DNA of 64,000 nt from Candidatus Eiseniibacteriota bacterium. Its GTDB lineage: Bacteria; Eisenbacteria; RBG-16-71-46; CAVPCR01. This document shows, one piece after another, positions 9,154 through 18,266 of this stretch. The notes beneath the pieces are model-generated. The model did no database searches and was not told the DNA's origin. It saw nothing but the letters and a program-made list of their open reading frames with translations. Position 1 is the first letter of the stretch. Each line of letters starts with the position of its first letter. The stretch spans positions 2,016,001 to 2,080,000 of the forward strand of contig CAWGMA010000001.1 in assembly GCA_963823555.1 (NCBI GenBank), written 5' to 3'. Position numbers and translations under genes: made by a program.

Positions 9154-10377
9154 CTACCTCTCTTGGGCCCGCTCAGAGGTCGCACCGGGACGATAGAACG
9201 ACAACCCGACCGCGGCCACGGCAGCGAAGCCCGCGCCGGCCATGAACGTGGCTTCCGGGCCGATGGCGCTCCACAGGCTTCCAGCCACCAGGCTCGCGAG
9301 CAAGAGGGCACCACCGGTGACCAGATTGAAGACTCCGAAGGCGCTGCCACGAAGGTCGGCGGGAGCCGTGTCCGCCACGAGTTTCGAGAGCAATCCCTGC
9401 GTCAGTCCCATGTGCGCCCCCCAGAGGGCGGTGCCGAGAAAGGCCCACAGCGGCGTGTCGGCCGCCGCCAGCACCAGATCGGAGATGACGAGGACGACGA
9501 GCCCGATGATCAGCAACATGCGCCGGCTCAGGCGATCGGCGGCCATCCCGGCGGGATAGGCCAGGGCGGCATAGACGACGTTCATCACCACCATCACGAG
9601 CGGCACGAAGCCGATGGCGATCCCTACACTCTGGGCGCGCAGGATGAGAAATGCCTCGCTGAAACGGGCCAGGGTGAGAATCGCTCCCAGGAGCACGATG
9701 AGCCAGTAGCGTCGCGGCAAGCGGCGGGCGCTGGCGAGGATGGGATGCGGCCCCTTGGGCCCCGGGGTCAGTTCGCGCTCCGGCTCGCGCACCGCGAGTA
9801 CGAGGACCAGGACGGCGATCGCCGCCGGCAGCGACGCCACCCACAGGACGGCACGCAGGTCATCCGCGAACCACGCCATGAAGGCGACGGCCAGCAGCGG
9901 ACCGACGAAAGCTCCCACCGAATCGAGGGACTGGCGCAGCCCGTAGGCGGCGCCGAGCATCTGCGGTGGAGTGAGGTCCGCCACCAGGGCATCGCGGGGC
10001 GCGCCGCGGATTCCCTTGCCGACGCGGTCGACAAAGCGTGCGCTGAAGACCCATGCCACCGACGTCGCCAGGGGAAACACCGGCTTGGTGGCCGCTCCGA
10101 GCCCGTAGCCGAGAACGGCAAGCGTCTTGCGCTTCTTCACGCGATCGCTGATGACGCCCGAGAACACCTTGGTGACCGCGGCCGTTCCCTCGGCGATGCC
10201 CTCGATGACACCGATCGTGACCATGCTCGCGCCGAGAACCGTGGTGAGGAAGATCGGCAAGAGGCTGTGCACCAGCTCGGAGGACACGTCCATGAACAGC
10301 GACACGAAGCCGAGAGCCCATATGCTCTTCGGCAGGTTGCGCGGCGCGCCGCTCCCGGCCTTAGAACCCGCCACCAC
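9154..10377 (-). CDS. MFS transporter
   Basis: About 12 TM; GVISDRVKKRK motif A, DRVGKGIRGAPRDA; GTG 10377 chosen for its GGAGG RBS. Confidence 0.9.
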   Translation of the reverse strand: MVAGSKAGSGAPRNLPKSIWALGFVSLFMDVSSELVHSLLPIFLTTVLGASMVTIGVIEGIAEGTAAVTKVFSGVISDRVKKRKTLAVLGYGLGAATKPVFPLATSVAWVFSARFVDRVGKGIRGAPRDALVADLTPPQMLGAAYGLRQSLDSVGAFVGPLLAVAFMAWFADDLRAVLWVASLPAAIAVLVLVLAVREPERELTPGPKGPHPILASARRLPRRYWLIVLLGAILTLARFSEAFLILRAQSVGIAIGFVPLVMVVMNVVYAALAYPAGMAADRLSRRMLLIIGLVVLVISDLVLAAADTPLWAFLGTALWGAHMGLTQGLLSKLVADTAPADLRGSAFGVFNLVTGGALLLASLVAGSLWSAIGPEATFMAGAGFAAVAAVGLSFYRPGATSERAQER

Positions 10378-12151
10378 CGCCGCCTCCTCCGCCGCCGCCA
10401 GAGGACCCGCCGCCGCCGAAGCCGGAGGATCCCGATCCACGCGGCGAGGAGGCCATCACCGCCGCCGCCCGCGTGGTCATGCGTCCCATGTCATTCACGA
10501 AGTGCGACGCCCGGAAGCTCGAGACATCCTGGCCGCGATACCACGCGGGCGGCTGATTGCAGATATCGCCGAACGCGGCCACCCAGCGGCGTTCGACGCC
10601 GAGGGCCATCGCGAACGGGAGATACGCCTCGAACAGCTCGGGCGTCCGCGCCAGGCGCTCGAAGCGGTCTCGTTCGGCACGGCCCAGGAACTCGGCAAAG
10701 CCGATCACCTCCTCCTGGACCCGCGCGCCGCGGATGGTCCGGGCCGGCATGACCAGAGCGAATCCGCTCCCGATCAGGGCGCTCAGGACCCCGGCCGCGA
10801 TCCACGTCGACTCGGCCATGCCCGCGCCGCGGGTGAGCGTGATCCCGGCCCAGGCGAGGACCGCCGAGCCGACGAGGACGCTCACCAGCGTGTGCTTGCG
10901 CACCCGATCCGGGCGCTGGCGGTAGTAGCCACGCTGGACCAGGGCGACGAAGATCCGATCCCGGATCCGCGGCAGCTCGCGATAGAACTTGTTCTCGAGA
11001 TCGGAGAGCTCGACCCGCTCACCCGCGGCGAAGAGACCGTCGAGAACCGCCTGCTCGTGTGGCCTGAGCTTCGCGGCGTCCGGCGACGTCCCCCCAGCAG
11101 CCGGGGGCGACCGGCGCTCGAACACGTACTCCTTGCTCGACCACAGACCGAGGAGCTTCGACTCGTTCTTCTCTTCGATGACGAGATGCCCACGCACGGC
11201 GAGATCGACGATGGTGGCCGTGATGTCCCGCATGTCGGGCTGATGATCGGCCAGCGTTCCTACCTCGGCCGGCGACAGCTCCGCCGGCGGTTCGTAGCGC
11301 ACGCTCACCGGCTCCCGGTGCGGGTCCCGCCCGCGCCGGCGCCACAGCTCGAACATGAGGACGAAGACAGCGAGCGGCATGATGAGCGGCCAGTTGCTGC
11401 GGAGGAACAGCCAAGCCCTCGCGGCGGCCCCGGGTTCGGTCACGAAACCCTTGTCCCAGCCGATGACAACGGTGAGCCCCTCGCGGAACGCGAGCTCGCG
11501 CTGCATGGCGAAGCGGATGATGTTGCCGGCGACGGTGACCTCGGCCTCGCGTTCGCGGGAGCCGTAGCCGCCGGTGAACGCCAGCGTACGGACTCCGGTC
11601 ACGCCCCGCGGGAGCTCGACGGTAGCCGTCGCCGCCCGGATCGGGACCTCCCATTCATCGCCCGTGATGTTCCAGTAGAGCTCGTCGTGGTCCGTGAAGA
11701 AGAGGAGTGCGTTGGGAATACGATACCTGAGGACGATCGTCCGCGTCGCGTTCTCCGCCCCAGGCACCCAGATCCGGAAGCGGCGGTAGTGACGCACCCG
11801 GCTCGTCTCGACCTTGAGCGCCTCCCCGCGGTCATCGGTGGCGCCTCCGAGGTCGAGCGCGAGGCTCTTGTTGAAACCCTGCGGGGTGCGGTACTCAACC
11901 GGGATGTCGCGATAGAGACCGTTCCACCGACCTTCGAAGTGGACCCGGATGGTCTCGGTAAGGAGGATCCCGCCATCCTGCTCCACCCGCACGTGGGCGT
12001 CGAAGCTCTCGATGACGAGCGAGCGGGCGGCTGCGGGCAGCGCCGTGAAGAGGAGGAAAGTGAGGAGAAGAGCACTGGAAGTGCACGCCCGATGGAACGC
12101 GCCGTCGCGCACCGTACGCGGACCATGGCTCATGGGCATGTCATGCGCCAC
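10361..12151 (-). CDS. DUF2207 membrane protein
   Basis: DELYWNITG motif, YLPFAMALG, Gly-rich C-terminus GGGGGGGF; downstream of lemA. Confidence 0.9.
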   Translation of the reverse strand: MAHDMPMSHGPRTVRDGAFHRACTSSALLLTFLLFTALPAAARSLVIESFDAHVRVEQDGGILLTETIRVHFEGRWNGLYRDIPVEYRTPQGFNKSLALDLGGATDDRGEALKVETSRVRHYRRFRIWVPGAENATRTIVLRYRIPNALLFFTDHDELYWNITGDEWEVPIRAATATVELPRGVTGVRTLAFTGGYGSREREAEVTVAGNIIRFAMQRELAFREGLTVVIGWDKGFVTEPGAAARAWLFLRSNWPLIMPLAVFVLMFELWRRRGRDPHREPVSVRYEPPAELSPAEVGTLADHQPDMRDITATIVDLAVRGHLVIEEKNESKLLGLWSSKEYVFERRSPPAAGGTSPDAAKLRPHEQAVLDGLFAAGERVELSDLENKFYRELPRIRDRIFVALVQRGYYRQRPDRVRKHTLVSVLVGSAVLAWAGITLTRGAGMAESTWIAAGVLSALIGSGFALVMPARTIRGARVQEEVIGFAEFLGRAERDRFERLARTPELFEAYLPFAMALGVERRWVAAFGDICNQPPAWYRGQDVSSFRASHFVNDMGRMTTRAAAVMASSPRGSGSSGFGGGGSSGGGGGGGGGGGF

Positions 12152-12174
12152 GCACCCTCCCGAACACGCCCTGA

Positions 12175-12738
12175 CTAGCTCGACCCGAAATCCACCCGCG
12201 GAGCGTCGCGCTCAGCTTGGTCCTCGATCTCGAAGAAATCTCGCCGCAAGAACCCGAAGGCGCCAGCGATGAGATTGGTGGGGAACTGGGCGATGCGGGT
12301 GTTGAAATCGCGGACGACGGCATTGTAGTAGCGACGTGCATTCTGGACCTGCCCCTCGATTTCGCTGAGCGAGGCCTGCAATGCCGTGAAGCTCTCGACC
12401 GCGCGGAGCTGAGGATAGGCCTCGGCCAGCGCGAAGAGCTGACGTAGGGCCCCGGTCAGGGTCCCCTCGGCCTCGGATTTGGCCGCTGGGCCCTGGGCAG
12501 CCATGGCGCGGTTGCGCGCCTGGATCACGGCATCGAGAGTCGTCTTCTCGTGGGCGGCGTAGCCCTTGACGGTCTCGACGAGATTGGGGATCAGGTCGTA
12601 GCGGCGCTTGAGCTGGACATCGATGTCAGCCCAGGCGTTCTCCGCCATGACGCGCAGCCTGACCAGACCATTGTAGGCCGCGATCACGTAGACCACGATC
12701 GCGACGAGGACGATCAGGAAGATCAAGGGCAGGCCCAT
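12175..12738 (-). CDS. lemA: LemA family protein
   Basis: N-terminal TM, YN.LV, IDVQLKRRYDLIPNLVETVKGYA, AEAYPQL, RRYYN, FPTN; AAGGAG RBS. Confidence 0.95.
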   Translation of the reverse strand: MGLPLIFLIVLVAIVVYVIAAYNGLVRLRVMAENAWADIDVQLKRRYDLIPNLVETVKGYAAHEKTTLDAVIQARNRAMAAQGPAAKSEAEGTLTGALRQLFALAEAYPQLRAVESFTALQASLSEIEGQVQNARRYYNAVVRDFNTRIAQFPTNLIAGAFGFLRRDFFEIEDQAERDAPRVDFGSS

Positions 12739-12784
12739 CTCTCGCTCCTTCATGAAGATCCGCAGCGGCACCAAAGCCGCGCGG

Positions 12785-12813
12785 ACTATACGCTCGGCCC
12801 CGAGCGCTGTAAA
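12785..12813 (-). promoter_or_regulatory. Putative sigma70 promoter of lemA
   Basis: TTTACA-17 nt-TATAGT on the minus strand; the spacer holds the inverted repeat CGCTCG-n4-CGAGCG. Confidence 0.6.
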
Positions 12814-12842
12814 GGAGCGCCGGGGGCACACCGGCCCGCAGT

Positions 12843-12976
12843 TGTTTCCGCTGAAACAGGAGGGATGCCGGCGCGAAGCTCAAGGAGTCAGTGAGCCAGT
12901 GCGGGATGCCGCTGATGTCCATCCGGCCGTTGATGTTCCCGCTGAACGATGCAACGCGGTTGTTTCCGCTGGAACA
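12843..12976. repeat. Cluster of short palindromes TGTTTC-CGCT-GAAACA and variants
   Basis: Copies at 12843-12858, 12934-12948 and 12961-12976, plus a degenerate core near 12909. Confidence 0.7.
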
Positions 12977-14253
12977 TGGTAGGCCGCCCGCCGCTCGCGC
13001 GCCTGCCACGGCCGCCGGTGGCGCGCCCGGTAGTAGGTCGAGCGCAGCTCCTCCGGATCCCCGCCCGAGGTCGTGACCGCCTCCATCGTCTCCGGCGCAC
13101 ACTCTCCCGCCTCCGCCTCCCGGAGCCACTCCCAGAACTCCTCGTCCTCGATCGCCCCGGCTTCACCCAGCACCCACCTCTCCCCGCGCACCGTAATGAA
13201 CCGGAGCTCGCCGTCCTGGCGCTCGCAGCGCAAGAGCCCCGCGTGCACCAGCTGATGGTGGAACCGGCAGAGGTAGACGAGATTCGAGCGCACATGCCGC
13301 CCGCCCTCCCACACCGGCACGAGATGATGGAGGTCGAGCCACAGCCGCCGCCGGCAGCCCGGGACCCGGCAGCGATGCCCATCGCGGAGCGCCACCGCCC
13401 GCCGCGTCACCTCGGGCACCGAGCGCGTGCGACGGCTCGCCGCGAGCCCCTCCTTCCCCTCCCTGACCACCCGGAGCGCACAATCGCAGAGGAGCCGCTC
13501 GACGACCTCCCGCGGTAACGGCGCCTCCCCCGCCGCGTCGTCGGTCTCGACCCAGCTCCCGCCATCCTCGCCCACGTGCACCACCACCTCGTAGCGCTCC
13601 GCCGTCCGGACCTCCCCCACCTCCCCCGAGAGCGAGTCCGCCGCCAGGTACACGAGCGCCTCCGACCCCGAGAGGCTCCCGCCAGCCTCACGCCGGATCC
13701 GCTCGAGCGCCCGCATCACCACCATCATCTCCTCCGCCGGGAGATCCACCACCATCCGCGTCGTGTGCGCGTTGACCGCCTTCGTGAGGAGCCGCCTCCG
13801 CACCGGCTCCCCCCTCGTCGCCCGCGCCGCCATCACCTCGAGCTCCTCCGCCGTCCGCTCCCGCGCCGCACGGAGCCACTCCCCCTCGGTCTCCGCCGTC
13901 GCCACCCGCGTCACCGCCCTCACCTTGGAGTAGGAGAGTTCGCCGCACCGCAATGCGCCCTCGAGCGCCGGCAACGACTCGAGCGCGAACGCGACCCGGA
14001 TCCGCTCCCGGGCCGCGACCCCGGTGATGCCGCAGACGAGCTCGAGGTAATGGGCGAGGGTCGTGCACCCGAAGTGCTCGTGGCCCTCACAGGCATCCAT
14101 GCGGCGGATCAGGACCAGGAGCTGCCACGTGTTCCAGCTGGCGACCCGGGCCTGGCGGAGGAACTCCGTGTGGAGGCTCTCGGCCGCAAGATTGGTGGGA
14201 GGAAGCGTGGGCGCGACACGATCGGGCACAACCACGGGAACGGAGGTCGACAT
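12880..14253 (-). CDS. DUF222 / HNH endonuclease (13E12-repeat-like, probably mobile)
   Basis: GELSYSKVRAVTRVA, ERLLCD, RDGHRCRVPGC...HH..P...GG....NL..LC..HH..VH; AAGGAG RBS before ATG 14253. Confidence 0.88.
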   Translation of the reverse strand: MSTSVPVVVPDRVAPTLPPTNLAAESLHTEFLRQARVASWNTWQLLVLIRRMDACEGHEHFGCTTLAHYLELVCGITGVAARERIRVAFALESLPALEGALRCGELSYSKVRAVTRVATAETEGEWLRAARERTAEELEVMAARATRGEPVRRRLLTKAVNAHTTRMVVDLPAEEMMVVMRALERIRREAGGSLSGSEALVYLAADSLSGEVGEVRTAERYEVVVHVGEDGGSWVETDDAAGEAPLPREVVERLLCDCALRVVREGKEGLAASRRTRSVPEVTRRAVALRDGHRCRVPGCRRRLWLDLHHLVPVWEGGRHVRSNLVYLCRFHHQLVHAGLLRCERQDGELRFITVRGERWVLGEAGAIEDEEFWEWLREAEAGECAPETMEAVTTSGGDPEELRSTYYRARHRRPWQARERRAAYHVPAETTALHRSAGTSTAGWTSAASRTGSLTP

Positions 14254-14430
14254 GGCGATGCTCCTTCCGGGGGTCTTGCTGAATTGTCGCGGGGAGGGAA
14301 CTGCAATCAGACTAACGATGTCGCCATCGCCGATCAAGCACTTTCTTCACTCGAGCGCACATTTCTGCGGGCGACACACGACGCCGATCACCGCCCATCG
14401 ACTCGCAACCTATCAACTCGTTGCCCGACC

Positions 14431-14472
14431 ACTTCGTCAACCGTACTTCGCAAAACGGACTTCGCGAAACTC
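14431..14472. repeat. Three imperfect 14-nt tandem repeats
   Basis: ACTTCGTCAACCGT / ACTTCGCAAAACGG / ACTTCGCGAAACTC. Confidence 0.45.
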
Positions 14473-14719
14473 ACACAATCGCGAACCGGAGCGGTCGCCA
14501 TGGCTCCACGAGCGGCACCACCCCTCCACCACCTCCTGCCCAGGAGACCTGGGCCTCGCTCGCCAAAGACGGTCACACTATCCCGGCCGCCCCGTACTTG
14601 CTCATGTCGGACGCTCTGGAGTCGCCCAGAAATGCCCCGGACCGACCTGAACCTCCGGAGCGGACGGAATACCGTACCTGCCCCCTCGACGTTTCTACCA
14701 TCAATCCAATGGAGGTACC

Positions 14720-15124
14720 ATGAAGCGCCATGCCTTCTCTCTCCTGGCCATCCTTGGTCTGGTTCTGACCGCGTCCCTGACTCTGCCACCCGCTGTTCAA
14801 GCCCAGGTCGGCCCCCCAGGCGGCAGGATCTATGCGCACGACGTGGCATACCGCACTGTAGCCACCCCGAACGATCTTCCCAACCACGGGAAGTTCGACA
14901 CGATCTACGTACTCGGCAATGGTCTGGCAGCCGTCTCCAATGCCGCCCCTGGCGATCAGGAGTACAACGGCGGGCGCTGGGAGGTGAGGCTCGTCACGTT
15001 CCTCACGATCCCCGCCACACAGTTCACCAACGCCGATCAGGTGCTCGCCGCGGCCGCCAATGGGGAGATCCAGATCGGGGACGTCGCCAGGCGTTTCGAG
15101 TGCCCGCTGATTCGTAGTCGATAG
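14720..15124 (+). CDS. Small secreted hypothetical protein
   Basis: GGAGG RBS; signal peptide ending VQA; PGDQEYNGGRW motif. Confidence 0.85.
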   Translation: MKRHAFSLLAILGLVLTASLTLPPAVQAQVGPPGGRIYAHDVAYRTVATPNDLPNHGKFDTIYVLGNGLAAVSNAAPGDQEYNGGRWEVRLVTFLTIPATQFTNADQVLAAAANGEIQIGDVARRFECPLIRSR

Positions 15125-15182
15125 GCGCGGTTGAGTTCATCGCGGGGGCGTGGGCCCCATCCGAATCCCTGAACCTCGAACA

Positions 15183-15214
15183 GCGAGAGGCCCACCAACA
15201 GGTGGGCCTCTCGC
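15183..15214. terminator. Perfect 14-bp hairpin between convergent genes
   Basis: GCGAGAGGCCCACC-AACA-GGTGGGCCTCTCGC; no clear U-tract. Confidence 0.6.
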
Positions 15215-15245
15215 ATCCACTCAGCGCGCTCCGCGCGCCCCGCGC

Positions 15246-15929
15246 CTACGGCCTGCGTTCGAGTACTGGGCGCCGACCGCGGAGGGCGACCACGATCCAC
15301 CCCACGACCATTCCAACCACGAACCCCCCGATGTGCGCCCACCAGGCGACGCCCCCTCCCGTATCGCCGATCGAGACCACGCCGCTGAAGAACTGCAGCA
15401 CGAACCACAGACCGAGAACCAGGAGCGCGGGCATCTCGGCGATGCGGGTGTAGAAGCCCAGCGGGATCAGGGACAGCACCCGCGCATGCGGGAAGAGAAC
15501 GAGATAAGCGCCGAGCACGCCGGAAATGGCGCCGCTGGCGCCGATCGCGGGGATGCCGGAAGCAGGATTGAGGTGCGCATGGGCCAGCGTCGCCACCCAG
15601 CCGCACGCGATATAGAACACAAGATAGCGCAGGTGCCCGAACCGATCCTCGATGTTGTCGCCGAAGATCCACAGGTAGAGCATGTTCCCGATGAGATGCA
15701 TCCAGCCCCCATGCATGAACATGGAGAGGAAGATCGACCGCGTGTCGGCGACCACCTGGCCCGGAACGAAGTACTCGCTGGGAATGAAGGCGGCCTGCAT
15801 GAGGAAGCGCTCCAGTCCCGGGCCGAGCGAGAGCTCATAGAAGAACATGAGCACATTGGCCCCGATGAGCACCAGATTCACGAAGGGGAAGCTGCGGCTG
15901 GGATTGATATCTCGAAGCGGCATGACCAT
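15246..15929 (-). CDS. Rhomboid intramembrane serine protease
   Basis: HGGWMHLIGNM, GASGAISG, WAHIGG. Confidence 0.95.
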   Translation of the reverse strand: MVMPLRDINPSRSFPFVNLVLIGANVLMFFYELSLGPGLERFLMQAAFIPSEYFVPGQVVADTRSIFLSMFMHGGWMHLIGNMLYLWIFGDNIEDRFGHLRYLVFYIACGWVATLAHAHLNPASGIPAIGASGAISGVLGAYLVLFPHARVLSLIPLGFYTRIAEMPALLVLGLWFVLQFFSGVVSIGDTGGGVAWWAHIGGFVVGMVVGWIVVALRGRRPVLERRP

Positions 15930-16119
15930 GACGGTACGGACCTCTCAAGTTGGATCCCGGATCGGGCAGGATATCGAGTCCATGCTCGATGCGGCGCCAG
16001 GTTACTCTCTCGCTGCCACGCCGACAAGCGGCCCTGGTCCCGGGACCGTTGGCTCGAGCCCATGGCCGGGGCTATGATTGTTCTTTGCAGAAATCGAACA
16101 CTCGGACATCGGCCACTCA

Positions 16120-16881
16120 ATGGAAACCATGCAGTTCATCGACTGCCATGCCCATCTTGCGGATCCGGCCTTCGACGCCGATCGCGATGCGGTTCTCGAC
16201 CGCGCGCGCGCTGCCGGCGTCACCGCCATCCTCTGCGTCGGCGAGACACTGGCCGAGGCCGAGCGCATCATCGAGCTGTCCCGTCGCTCTCCGCTCCTCC
16301 GGCCCTGCGCCGGCCTCTATCCCACGCATCTCGATCTCGTGGCCGAGCGGGAGGTGACGGCGTTCATCCGCGACCATAGGACTGAGCTCGTGGCCATCGG
16401 CGAGGTCGGCCTCGATCACTGGAAGGTGGATGATGCCGAGGGGCAGGGGCTCCAGGAGACCATCTTCCGCCGGCAGATTCGCCTCGCGCTTGAGATCGAC
16501 CTGCCGCTCAACGTGCACTCCCGATCGGCCGGCCGGCGCGCGATCGAGGTGCTCGTGGAGGAGGGAGCGCGTCGGGTCCTGCTCCATGCGTTCGATGCCC
16601 GACCGGCCACCGCCGAGGCCGGCCTCGCTGCGGGCTTCTCCTTCTCCATCCCACCCTCGGTGGTGCGCTCGCGGCAGAAGCAGAAGCTCGTCAGCCGTCT
16701 TCCTCTGCAAGCCCTCTTGCTCGAAACCGATTCCCCGGTCCTCGGCGTCGAGCCCGGAGCCCGGAACGAACCGGCGGCGATCACGGTGGCTGCGGCCGCC
16801 GTCGCCGGGTTGAAGGGCATCCCGATCGCGGAGGTGGCAGCCGTGACAACAGGCAACGCCAAGCAGCTATTCGACCTGTGA
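16120..16881 (+). CDS. tatD: TatD family metal-dependent DNase
   Basis: DCHAH, IGEVGLD, VHSR, LLETDSP, RNEP; start 16120 or 16129. Confidence 0.9.
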   Translation: METMQFIDCHAHLADPAFDADRDAVLDRARAAGVTAILCVGETLAEAERIIELSRRSPLLRPCAGLYPTHLDLVAEREVTAFIRDHRTELVAIGEVGLDHWKVDDAEGQGLQETIFRRQIRLALEIDLPLNVHSRSAGRRAIEVLVEEGARRVLLHAFDARPATAEAGLAAGFSFSIPPSVVRSRQKQKLVSRLPLQALLLETDSPVLGVEPGARNEPAAITVAAAAVAGLKGIPIAEVAAVTTGNAKQLFDL

Positions 16882-16962
16882 CGAGGCCGAACCAGGACCT
16901 GGCGTTCGCGGCCCCAGGTCCGCGGCTAGCCGAGTTCCTCCGGTCCGTTGTATGGTCCGCCC

Positions 16963-17349
16963 ATGCAGGTCGTGGCTGCGGTCATTCGCCATCATGGTCG
17001 CTATCTCATCTGCCGCCGTCCTCGAGGCGGATCGGCCCCCGGAAAATGGGAATTTCCCGGAGGCAAGGTCCATCCGGACGAGACCCCGCCGGCGGCTCTG
17101 GCCCGAGAGCTCAGAGAGGAGCTCGGTATCGCAGCGCGTGTGGGCCCCCCTCTCCTCAGACACACCCACGTCCAGGACACCGCGTGCCCGATCCATCTCC
17201 ACTTCTATGATGTGGAGATCGTCAGTGGAGAGCCCACCTTGCTTCACCACGAGGAGCTGCGCTGGGCAACACCGGAGGAGCTGCGTGCTCTCGATCTGCT
17301 GGAAGCGGATCGAGCACTCCTCGCCCACCTCTCCGCCCCACCCCGTTGA
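16963..17349 (+). CDS. MutT/NudG-like Nudix hydrolase
   Basis: WEFPGGKVHPDETPPAALARELREELG. Confidence 0.9.
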   Translation: MQVVAAVIRHHGRYLICRRPRGGSAPGKWEFPGGKVHPDETPPAALARELREELGIAARVGPPLLRHTHVQDTACPIHLHFYDVEIVSGEPTLLHHEELRWATPEELRALDLLEADRALLAHLSAPPR

Positions 17350-17375
17350 TGGCGGCGGTCGGTGGACTGCAGGTC

Positions 17376-18131
17376 TCACCGTTCACTCCCGCCGGGCTGT
17401 TCCCCACCGCCCGCCTTCCCGATCTCCGCTTCCGCCTGGCGGCGCGCCTCTTCTAGCGCCTCCCCACCGGCATCGGTTGCCAGGAGGCTGACACCGACGC
17501 GTACTGAATCGTCGACCTGGAGGATGATCCCGCGCCGCTTGATGCCGTAATCGGCGAGCAGCACTTCGAATTCAGCCGTGATCCGCAGCAAGTTACCGGG
17601 CTTGGCGGGTAACGGCGCCGGCTCGCCAGGAAGCACCTCCCGCACATAGAGGAGGGTGATCGGAATCGTCACCGGCCGGCGAACGCCATGCATCTCCAGG
17701 ATGCCGGCGGCCGACACCTGCACCACCGTATCCGGCGGCAGAGAGTCGAGTGTCGTCGAGCTGACGCGCTCGAGGGTGAACACCGCCTGGGGATAGCGCG
17801 CTGTCTCGAGAAAGACATCGCGCAGGTGCTGGTCGCGGAGCCCGATTCCTGTCCTGAACCGCGTCAAGTCGACTTCGAGGCGGGCCCGTGTCTCTGCCGA
17901 CGTGAGATTCTCGCGGTCGAACGCGACTTCGCCGCGCACGGCGCTCGTGGTCCCAACGATCTGCTCGAGTGGAGCCGACATCGTCCAGGTGATGAGATCC
18001 CGGCCCAGCGGGTCGTCGACGACGAAGCGGACCACCTCGCCGGCTCGCGCGGGATCGATGCCGCAGGCGACAGCGGCGCCGACCAGAGCGACCTGCAGAA
18101 GGAGCACATGGATACTATCCGGCCATCGCAT
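17376..18131 (-). CDS. YceI family periplasmic lipid/polyisoprenoid-binding protein
   Basis: Signal peptide; TGIGLRDQHLR, YPQAVF, LEMHGVRRPV, DYGI. Confidence 0.85.
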   Translation of the reverse strand: MRWPDSIHVLLLQVALVGAAVACGIDPARAGEVVRFVVDDPLGRDLITWTMSAPLEQIVGTTSAVRGEVAFDRENLTSAETRARLEVDLTRFRTGIGLRDQHLRDVFLETARYPQAVFTLERVSSTTLDSLPPDTVVQVSAAGILEMHGVRRPVTIPITLLYVREVLPGEPAPLPAKPGNLLRITAEFEVLLADYGIKRRGIILQVDDSVRVGVSLLATDAGGEALEEARRQAEAEIGKAGGGEQPGGSER

Positions 18132-18266
18132 TCCGGGGTCTCCGCTGGGGAAGCCGGCCACTGCGGCCGGCCGTCTCGAGCCACGAAGATAGCATGGCAG
18201 CCGCCAAGGCCGGCCCTGCGCCATTCACCCGTTGCGCCGACTCGGCCCTCACCGCATACTCGCGGG

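Noticed and set aside
10361..10440. GCC-rich low-complexity repeat
   Set aside because: Encodes the normal Gly-rich tail of DUF2207 proteins
10127..12178. Long antisense or alternate-frame ORFs (also 9163-10752, 13576-15117, 39973-42381, 47738-49615, 55973-57685, 60973-62625)
   Set aside because: Shadow ORFs typical of high-GC DNA; Arg/Pro/Ala-rich, and they overlap genes with clear motifs
12843..12976. Possible mini-CRISPR array
   Set aside because: Units are about 16 nt, irregularly spaced and partly coding; no cas genes
15246..15929. Rhomboid as the processing enzyme for TWG tails
   Set aside because: The tails lack a TM helix for intramembrane cleavage, and the rhomboid looks generic
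17688..18266. N-terminal extension of the PP2C ORF, and similar extensions at 20602-21624 and 6365-6502
   Set aside because: Overlap other genes or lack coding character; downstream starts have promoter, RBS or overlap support
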